The position numbers were made by a program, and so were the translations under genes. From Lama guanicoe (Eukaryota), in assembly GCA_013239625.1 (NCBI GenBank), contig MU056000.1, positions 8,223,214 through 8,287,213 on the forward strand: DNA of 64,000 nucleotides. The letters are read 5' to 3'. Below, piece after piece: positions 54,201 to 64,000 of this stretch. Numbering within the stretch: position 1 is the stretch's first letter; each line of letters begins with the position of its first letter. The notes beneath the pieces are model-generated. The model was not told the origin of the DNA and made no database searches. It was given only the letters and a program-made list of their open reading frames with translations.

Positions 54201-55286
54201 CCTATTCAGATACTACACTCGACATGCAAACAGCAGCTGAGGCTTATGGGATACAGAAAGGTTCTAATAACCTGTTTGTCTTATACTGAAACAATCAGAC
54301 ACTTGACCAACACTTAAAATTGGCTTTTCTTCAAAAGTGAGCTGGTACCTTTGGAAGCCACAGTCTAACTCAACAGTTTTACTCCTAGAGGAAGTGATCC
54401 TCACAGCTCTGAAAAATACATTAGAGAAGATCACTATAAAGTTAGCCGCTCTGTAGTGTCTGTTAAATTCCTAGAGTTTGCAGAGTTTATTTTTAAAAAC
54501 ACAAGTGCGGAGCTTAAACTTGTCAAATGTAGGATGAACTTGATGAAACAAATGTAGGTGATTCGATCCACAAATAAAATACATCCAATGTCATTATGCT
54601 TTCCAGGTAAGCCAGCATTAGATACAGCCACACTATACAAGATACTGCTATGAATATGATGAATATTGACTAGTAATTCTTAGGACCCTAAGAATGTATT
54701 TTGTTTTTTGAGTAGCATTTTGTTCAACAGAGCTGCTAACTGAATATGATCACATGAATAATCCAGCCCATTGAATCTCTTGCTCAGGATAATGGACATT
54801 AGAAACATGAAGAAATATATGATTTAACATTTTAGAGACTGTATATGCTTCTTTGTGTGTTTCTTATAAAGAATACTGTGGAGACCATGCAGATAAATCA
54901 CAGAATCTTAGGGAGAGCTGGAATGTTAGTGACGGCCACACCTTTTACAGTGGAAGCAGCTGATGACTATGGAAGCTGAAGGCACTGGTCAAGTTTCCAC
55001 AGCTAGAGGGTGGGAAGAAGGGAGAAGAAGCTGGGTGTTCTTACCAAAGAGTCCATCTGATGTCACAGACCACGCCACAGAAGGGACACTCCCCCTCCTA
55101 CTCTGTGACAACACAGGAGTCTGGGCTAGGAGTGCTGGTGCATAAGCCATGAGGAATCTTCTGCTTGTATTTGACCACTTTCTCTTGCATTCAAGCTAGA
55201 ATAATGGGTTTCAAGTGGTAACTTTCAATGATCTCTATTTTTAAAAATCTGAAACAACAACCACAAAGTAGAATACTATATATTTG

Positions 55287-55638
55287 GTGTCATCCCTCAG
55301 TATCCTTGAGGAATTTGTTCCAGGATACTCAGGGAATACCAAAATCCACAGATGCTCAAGTCCCTTGTATTAGATGCTGTAGTGTTCACATATAACCTAT
55401 GCATATCCTCCCATATACATTCAGTCATCTCTAGATTACTTGTAATACCTTATACAATGCAAATGCTATGTAAATAGCTGTAAAAAAAAACAATGTAAAT
55501 ACTCAGTAAATAGTTGCCAGGGCACACCAAATTCATTTTGCTTTTTTGAACGTTCTGGAATTTTTTCCCCCCAAGTATTTCGATCTGCAGTTGGTTGAAC
55601 TATGGATGCAGGACTCACCAATATAAAAAAGCCAACTG
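55287..55638. mobile_element. MER2 (Tigger-family MITE)
   Basis: gtcatccctcagtatcc…ataccaaaatccacagatgctcaagtccctt…tcatctctagattacttgtaatacc…ccaactg|ta. Confidence 0.85.
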
Positions 55639-55644
55639 TATTCA

Positions 55645-56200
55645 GATCTTCATTTGTTCATTCAGTAAGTAAGGCAGGCATGGGTCCAGATGCTGAGATA
55701 GCATCAAGGCAAAAATCAGACCAAAAGCCCTGCCCTTGTGGAGGTGATGTTCTAGTGGAGAAAATGAACATTGAGCAAAATGGACAAATGGATGGCACAG
55801 GGCACTATCTTTTGTAAAGGCAATGGAGGATAACAGGGCAGGAAAAGATGGGGGGCCATTTAAGTAGAGTTATCAGAAACGAACTCATTGACAAGGCGAC
55901 ATCAGAGCAAAGATCTAAAGAGCTGAAGGAGCAGGGCATGTGTCTGTCTGGGCTGGATTTGGGGCGGAGGGGGCTGTTTCACTGTGTTAAGCAGAAGTCA
56001 ATGGCAAATGCAAAAGCCTTGTGTTGGGAGTACGTTCCTGGAGAAGCAAGAAGTTTTCTATGCTGGAGCCAAGTGAGCAAGAGGAAGATGCAGGAGACGT
56101 GGGAGAGACTGGGCTGGCAGGCAGCAGATCGCGCAGGGGCCTGTTGGCCCTTTGACTTCTACTCTACATACAGTAGTCACACGGTAGGATTTACACTTTC
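55645..56200 (-). mobile_element. L2 LINE 3' remnant
   Basis: tcatttgttcattcag…tgctgagatag…cagaccaaaagccctgccctt…ttctagtggaga…gagcaaagatctaaag. Other L2 ends at ~18770-18915, 20600-21100, 34800-34870 and 56340-56540. Confidence 0.7.
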
Positions 56201-58711
56201 GTAGGATTTCTCTGGCAACTACACGGAAATAATCTTTATAAGTCACTCAGTAACAGGAATTTTGTACAATAATTTAACTTTTTTCCATCCCGGGTTGGGA
56301 GGGTCAAATAAACATATTTGAATATACTGCATAAACTTCATTGCTGTTTCCTGCTCTCTTTGGCCACGCCTCCTTTAGCACAATTATTTGACTGCATTAC
56401 AGTTACTAGTGCTCATGTGGGCATCTTCACCAGATTTTTTAGTTCTTGAAACCTTGAAAATATCTCTTTCCAGTTTTGTACCTGGCACCTCATGCAATGT
56501 TACCACATTGGAGGGACTCAACAAAGATTTGGTGAATATAAGGTATTGCAAAATACAAGAATTATAAACAAGCTATAAAGCAGAGCTCTAAATCAGAATT
56601 CACATGTTAATAAGCTACTTGTAGAAACACAAACAAAAATCTTTGTTCCAAAACCATTCCAATCAGAACTATTGGTTTTTTAATTGAAGTTCTGCAACTT
56701 GACAATATAATCAGCTGAGCTGGACCAAATCTGGAATTGCCTGGGTAAACATGGTTTCTAAAACAACTGAAACTAGTTTTCTTAATTGTGCGCATAAAAC
56801 TTAAGAGTGAAATAGCCCAGAAAGGATTTTGCCACTTCGCCTTTAGAAATCCTCAGAGTGTGTATTTCTTTTAATTCATATCTGGTTTGACTCTCTGCTT
56901 ATGTTTTAGAATGTCACCTAAAGGATCTATTTAGTATGTTTACAGATACAGCTACATGATATAAATTCTGGATTTAAAAAATAAGTTACTTAAAAATAAT
57001 TTAAACTTAAAAACAGTTTAAATACCCTTCCCATAAAAAATATTTATACTTGGCAATATGGGTAAAGAGCATCTATACATGTCAGTTAACTTTTATTTTT
57101 TTAAAAACTATTTGGATAACATGCATACACAATGCCCTATAGTTTAAAGGCTCACTGTCACTTGGACCCATTACCTTGATGTTACACAAAGTGGTTGCCT
57201 AGACGCTATATTCCTAAAGTGAAGCTTAATACTTGTTTACCTTTATATTTAGGCAGTATTATTAAATAAGTCCATCTGTGGAAAATACTTTCAAAGGTCA
57301 AAGTCTTCTTAAATTACCATCTTTAATCTACACCACTGAGGTTTACTTCCATTCCTTAAAAATGAAAAGATTTCTTCGCCATAATATTACTTACATAAAC
57401 TTTTAAAACTTCAATTAATGGAAATAAAACATTTCTTAAGAGGTACCCCCCACCAGAGTATATGCAAGCCATCTTTTGTTAGCTTCTTTAAAATAAAATT
57501 TATCCATGCTAGGCAATTAACATTCTACAACATGTGACAGTATGTTTCTGATAAAAATAAGTCAATTCGTGTTAACATGGTCATTATTTGTACTTAGTAT
57601 CTGAGTTACAAAATCATTCAAATTTCAAATAATACTAATCACGTAAAATGTTAATTTGTGATTTTCATAGTGGAAAGTCATTCTCTGTTGCTATTATTAT
57701 CCATTTGAAAACACTCAACTTTAGAGATAAAAACCTAAAGACTTTCTAAAGCATTCCATTTTACTATACTCACAATTCTACAATGCACACCTGTCCTACA
57801 GATATACAGAAATCTAATATACAATTCCCATAGACTGTCATCTTGTTAAATTACCAGCATTCTAAAATCAATTTGTTTCTTTAATCTCTTGAGTATCAAA
57901 ATATTTTAAGTCGAGCAGTGACACAGGTGAAATCTATGAAGTCATTGTAAATTTTGGCCAGTGATTCTCTCAATGAGTTATCTGAACAAAAGCAATCTGC
58001 AAACAGTTATCTGGTAAAGGTTTTCTATAATTATGGAATATCTGTGTCCCATTTACACCTGCACAATTTAGAATGAGCAAAACATGCAATTATTGCATTC
58101 TAATTTTAACATAAAGCCCACCACTGAGAACTAAATTATCTCTATAAGAAAGACAGATGTAATGCAACAAGTTAGGTGTCCAATATATTGAATTTTTACA
58201 GTTACTTTGTATAGTGACACTGGTTGGGCGATTTTTATGCCTTTACACTCTGACGTATAATTTTTTTTCCTGGGTGAGGTTATTCATTTAATCATACTGG
58301 AGAGGAACAAAAAAGACCCACAATTTCCAAATCAAGTTTTAATTACTAGATAATTCTCACTTAATTATAAATGGCTATTTACGTGGATAATCATAACTTT
58401 CATAAAATCTGAAGTATGTAGCTATGACACACCAAGTTCTACTAAAAACTATTATTAAGCAGTTATAATGGTTAGTTGACAGGGAAACAGCACAAATTCG
58501 GTTATCTGGCTCTTACAATTTCAACATTAACGCGCTGAACAAACTGACCGATCACCGTGAGGCCGGCAAGCAATTCTATCCATGTTTTCTACACATACCA
58601 CTCAACCTGCAGTTTTCAAACTTCAGTTAAAACCATCACAAAAAGAAAAAACATTCATAATGAAAGCATTTAAAAATCAAATACGTTCAGTTTTCACTTT
58701 TTCTCTATTAC

Positions 58712-59090
58712 CTTTGGAAACAAACGGTCCTTAAATACTTCAAAACTGTAGTCGAGACAAACAAGGCGACTAGTCACAAAGATGAGGGGTTACTTTTCCC
58801 TCCTTCCCGGGCAGCGGTGCGGGCGGTTCCTGGCGATCTCCCATCCGCTCCTCCCTCCCCGCACCAGGAACCCCCGAGGAGCTCAGAAATCACGAACGGC
58901 GTGGAAAAACAGCCTCAAAAAAGTCAGGACGCCGAATTATCATAGTTTTATTCCTGCTTTCAGTTGCAAACAGTTTAAGAGAAAGCAAAACAAGAAGCTT
59001 CAAGACACCGCAAGCCTAGTGGTTGCCGTCTTAAAAGAGAAAAGAATTGAGTTCAGCCAGGCACAAAGGTCTCCATGGCAACAGTGAATT
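58712..59090 (-). promoter_or_regulatory. Putative internal promoter and alternative first exon of CTNND2
   Basis: 13 CpGs in ~58801-58935 against an AT-rich background. RFX X-box GTCTCCATGGCAAC at 59069-59082. Two minus-strand donor candidates: AAA|GTAACC (exon end 58794) and AAG|GTAATA (exon end 58712). Flanks are repeat-poor. Confidence 0.55.
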
Positions 59091-61287
59091 TAGACCCCCA
59101 TAGGCATTATTTATGCAACATTTCATCACAAAAGGACCCTCCCACTGGCCTGCCTAGCAAATTCTAGTTTTCTAATCTTCCATTCCTCTGCCCCGAATTT
59201 GTATCTGGATCCCCAACTATCTGTCTCTCACATAAAAAAAAAAAATAGTCCCCACAGAACCATAAAATTATTCTCATACTGAATCTAGACTTTGTTTCCT
59301 TGGTGAATTCAAAGGCAGGAGATAGATTCAAGACGGTTTAGAGTTCGTATTCAAAGCCAGTCTAGTTTTATTTCAAAGATGGGCAGAGCCACCAACACAA
59401 GTTTATTCGAATTTTTTTTTTCATTTTTTGAAATGCAACTGTAATTTAAAAGAAGTATAAAATGGGGCAAAGTTTAACCAACCCAAAGGGCTCACAGAAG
59501 AGAGAACTTGTCTAGATGCTGACTTTAAAGCTAAATTTTATTTCCTGATATCCAGTCCCATCCGCCCTCCTCCAGCTATTACAGTAGCTCAAACACTCCT
59601 TTGAGTCTTTTTACCTGATTTTCCCTCTTTTAGCTAGGACTTCCAGAAACATGGATTGAATAATGTATTTTAAACACTTTATTGAACTGTGTGCCAAAAT
59701 GGACTCAGGTCACGTAAAAACTAGATGACCTAGGGCGCGTTATTTAAAACAGAGATAACACCTGCGGTGTAAGTAGGTAACTGTGAGTATTAACAGGTTG
59801 ATAACTTATTAAGGAAATACTTTCTTCAATTCTAAAAGTTTATACAACTACAATTGTTAGGATAATATTTGATGACGTTGAAAGGAAAGACTACTAGTAT
59901 TTGGTATTACCTCCAATAAGAACTAAACAGGGTGATTTAAAATTAGGTTTTGATTATTTTTCAAACAATACAAGCGGATTATTAAAAATTCAAACAGTAC
60001 GTACTTTTGTAAAGTCAAGGGTAGTTCTTATTCCACATACCCCAACAGCCACCGCACCCTCCCTTAAGACAGCTGTATGTCCGGCCCTAAATCATGCACC
60101 TGGATCTAGGTCTTGACCGACAGTGTTGTCTCTAAGACAGTTTTGCAACGATGGTTCATCGGTGCCTGTGTTTCCTGCTGGTGCAGATTTGATAAGATCC
60201 TCTGTTGCTGGCAAAATGGGTCATTCTCCCTAGGGTGTAACTGCATGTGGTGTTTGTGATGCCTGCAGAGCACAGCTCACCCTCATTTCTATGAAGATGC
60301 CCCTGAAACTGGGCAACTCATGGCCTTACTTCGAAATTCTCTGATGTTTTGTAAATGAATCATTCAGGTCTCTTCTGACACTGAAAACTGAAGAAGAGAA
60401 TTAAGAGCCAGGGTGACAGTCTCACCTGTAAGAAAATTACTTTCCCAGGTGAGAACCACCACCACTCACACATCCGCATTAGTTCCCAGCTCTCTCCCTT
60501 CCATATCTATTGCCTTCTGTTTTGGTTGCTTTATGAGGTTTTTTCCCATCTTCCGCTTTATTTCCCTCTACCAGTCTCCTCTCTTTATTTCTGCACTATT
60601 CTTGAGCCTTCTAATGTCTAATGTGGCTTCATTTCAGAAAGTGGCTTTATTTTTTTTCCTATTTTTTCATGAGCGTTGCCAATTCATTGTTATTCCTTTC
60701 ACGTCTTTTTTGACTTATCATGATCTCTTTGATTTCATTTCTCCTCCATCATTTTAAATGTCTTCAGGCTATTAAAGAATACGGCCAACTGTCTCTTACG
60801 TTTTCTGAGGGTAATTTTATTTTCTGGAGTCATACTTTCTCTGCCTTTTGTGTATTATTGTGTTACTTTTTTCTCTTTCCGATTTATTTGTTACTTTTTT
60901 GGATAGTGTTAACCCTCTGTTTTATATTTAAACCCTCCAGTTTATTACTTATTTTTGAATGATGGCAACTTTATCTTGGCCTGACTTTTGCTTAGTAACA
61001 GATTGGGAAGGAGAGGGGTGCTGAGCGCGAGAGAAGTGAAAACTAATAATGTAGTTCTTGTAATACTTCCCTCAAGATTATTCTCTCTTGTTGGAGTTTG
61101 CCCTCCATGGGGCTTTTGGTCTCTCCCATGTCCCCGTGTCCCCCATGAGCTCAGTGTTCCAATGAAGGATGCTGAGTCATGACCCTTCCTTCCTTCCATC
61201 CATCTTTCCCTTCTCCCTTCTTTTTTTAAATGAAATGTACATATTGAATGTCTAGAAAGCAGTGTTTAAACTCTGCATACCCTCTTT

Positions 61288-61404
61288 TTTGGGGGTGGGG
61301 GTGGTCAAGTTTATTTATTTATTTATTAAATGGAGATACCAGGGATGGAACCCAGGACCTCATGCATGCCAAGCACATGCTCTACCACTGAGCTATACCC
61401 TCCC
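61288..61404 (-). mobile_element. tRNA-derived camelid SINE (Vic-1-like)
   Basis: Reverse complement reads gggagggtatagctcagtggtagagcatgtgcttggcatgcatgaggtcctgggttcc. 15-bp TSD ctgc(a/c)taccctcttt at 61273-61287 and 61408-61422. Confidence 0.88.
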
Positions 61405-61649
61405 TTACTGCCTACCCTCTTTATATGGGTTTGTGGCTCATTCTTTTCCTAGTACTATTGTAAGTGGAACTGTAATCCTAATTCTTTTGTATGTTTGGTT
61501 GATTTTAGTGTTTCCAGGAAAGAAGTAGAAAGAGCTGAACCTTGCGGAATATCCATAATAATGGTTTAAACTCGATCCTAAAAAAAAGCGTTTAAGTATT
61601 TGTTTTTCAAAAGATCCAACAGTCACTTATAATTTAAAAGACTATCTTT

Positions 61650-62710
61650 GCAAATAAGGCCTGGAGAGAAATCCCCTCAACTGGATAATGAAAAAAATTT
61701 CAGAGTTAAATACTGAAAACTTCTCCTTAAATATGAGTAAGAAGGTATCATCCACTGCTATCATCACTCACTCTTCTTAACATTGTACCGGAGGTCTTAG
61801 GCAAGAAAGTAAAAACAAAAAGAAACATGGACAAAGATCAATTTTCCTTATGTATATTAACAGCAAAGAAATTAAAACAATAGTAGTATTTATAAATATC
61901 ATAGAAAAACATCCAATGCTTAGGAACAAATCTGTGAACGTGGTATAAGACCTCCACACCAAACACTACACAATCCTGTTGACATTAAAGCAGACACAGC
62001 GATTGGAGGGAAATATCACGTTTATGGATGGACAGGTTTAATATTACAAAGGTTGCAATCTCCTTGGGTTAACTGACAGATTTAACACAATTCCAATCCA
62101 AATCTCAACGTGCTGTTTTTTTATCAGGGGTGGGAGAGGCTGAAGTAATAGGTAATAGATTCTAAAATGCACATGAAAACGCACAGTGCCAAGACGAGCA
62201 AGCAGTCTTGAGGGACAGAAACAAACCTGGAAGGCAGAACCTAACAGATGAGAAGGCACATTACAAAGCTGCAGCAAGTAAGACCATGTGGTGTCCATGG
62301 AAGGAGACACAGAAGGGTGGGATGAGAGAGAACCTGGACACCAAGCCACACACAGACCTAACTCATGAGGCTCCTAAAACTGCCTTGTATGGGAAAGACG
62401 GTGCTTCCACCTGCTTATCTATATGGTGAAAAATGCACCCTGACTCCCATCTCAAAAATACACAAAAATCAATTCCATATAAAGTGCTGGTCTATAGGCG
62501 GAAGATTAAACAGTAAAGCTTTGAAAGTAAAATATGGAACACACGCATGACCTTAGAGTAGCCAAGGCTTTCGTTAGCAGGACACAAAAAGTGCTAACCA
62601 TGAAAGGAATACAAAAGGTGTAAATTGGTTCATATTAATTGGAAAATTCTGTTTATCAAAGACTCCACTGAGAAAGTGAAGGAGCAGTAGTGGGAGAAAT
62701 TTTTCTCTGA

Positions 62711-62744
<34 letters not shown>

Positions 62745-63300
62745 ATGTGTGTGTGTATATATTTATGTGTGTGTGTGTATACACATATATACATTTCAAA
62801 ATAATTGAACAAGCACTTTATAAAACAGGATATCCACACAGCCAATAAACAAATGAAAAGATGTACAACTTCATCACTCACAAAGGATATGCACATTTCA
62901 ACTTCCATGGGATGTCACTACGTACCCATCAGAAGGGTTAACATAGAAAAGAGAGAGGAGAGAAAATGCCCAATATTGGCAAGTATTGGGTTTTATTAGA
63001 ACTTTCACAAACACTGAGTGGGGATATAAAATGGTAAAAGAAACTTGATGTGTGCTAATCTCTTTTAAAGCCCTTTATATGCAAACTCTATGTCCCAGAA
63101 ATTCTGCTCCCAGGTGTACACTCACTAGAAACGAGCTTAAGTGCATCAGAAGACATCACCTGTGATGCTCACATCAGCAGTGTTCACATCATTCCCCACT
63201 GGACAGCCCTGAAATGCCCAGTATGAGAATGGACATATACGGTGTATGTGCTCGATGAAATGCTATTCAGCAAAGAAAATAAACCGATAACTAAAACGCA
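61650..63300 (+). mobile_element. Old degenerate LINE-1 ORF2/3' region
   Basis: L1M-like motifs, e.g. gatttaacacaattccaatccaaatctc, attctaaaatgcacatgaaaac, agccaataaacaaatgaaaagatgtacaacttcatcact. Confidence 0.7.
62711..62790. repeat. Compound (TG)n/(TA)n microsatellite
   Basis: Interrupted dinucleotide array inside an old L1. A looser TG-rich tract occurs at 4632-4712. Confidence 0.9.
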
Positions 63301-64000
63301 ATATTGTGGCCACCTCTTTCACATTACCTTGAGCAAGCTGCACCTGACGGCATTTGCACTTGTTTGTATGTATGTTACACTTAAAAGAGAAAGCCCTAAA
63401 TTATTTTCACTTCTAGATTTTGGACGTCATAACAGGCATGCATGAAAACAGGAGCATTATTTACCTTCCAATGGTCTTGATTTTCTTTTACAAATCATTT
63501 TAACTTTAGAGGCTTCCAGCAATAGCCTTACCAATTTTGTTTTAAAAGAAAATAAAAGATTTTTAAGTCTTACAAAATAAAAGTAGAACCCAAGGATGAA
63601 GGAATCACTATTTAATGTGGTATCATCGATTTAAAAATAATTCACTATGTTGTCCTTCTGGACAAATAATCCAATTTCTCTGACCAAATATAAAGAAAGA
63701 AATGACATTTTTAATGTCCTGGTCATTTTTGTCTCCTAACACTGACAGCCGGGTAGAAGACTAAGTAGCACTAATACAGGAAAGTTTGAACGTTATAAAT
63801 AAGTGACAGATTTTGAAGTGGCTTGAAATAAGTTTAATGTGAATAGTTTGCTTTTTCTTAATTTTAATAAAACCTGATCTTTCAAAGGAACGTATTAAGG
63901 ACTCTTCCGGAAATTCTGGCTTTTCATTTTCTGAGAATCAGCATTCCAGTGGAGAGCTCTAATTCTATTTATTACCCCTCCAGACTCTAAGGTATAAAAT

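Overview
This is mammalian genomic DNA, most likely a camelid (alpaca, llama or camel), judging by five tRNA-derived Vic-1-like SINEs and two copies of one young L1 family. The window lies inside the large neuronal gene CTNND2 (delta-catenin) on the minus strand. The only clearly coding segment is one 113-bp exon (30734-30846, [37 protein letters not shown]) with canonical AG/GT ends, matching exon 3 as I recall the human gene. The rest is intron filled with interspersed repeats (L1, L2, L3/CR1, MIR, ERV1/ERVL/MaLR LTRs, Tigger1, MER2 and MER5 DNA transposons, microsatellites) and one 16-N gap. Almost all ORFs in the supplied track are chance or repeat-derived. I do not see a new multi-gene system. 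The best lead is a CpG-rich, repeat-poor putative internal promoter and alternative first exon at ~58.7-59.1 kb. It has an RFX X-box and two candidate donors; one donor would splice a 17-codon ATG-initiated ORF in frame onto the coding exon. Lesser leads are a sense-oriented LTR next to a strong donor, and two diverged local direct repeats. Repeat family names come from pattern recognition only, not a database search.
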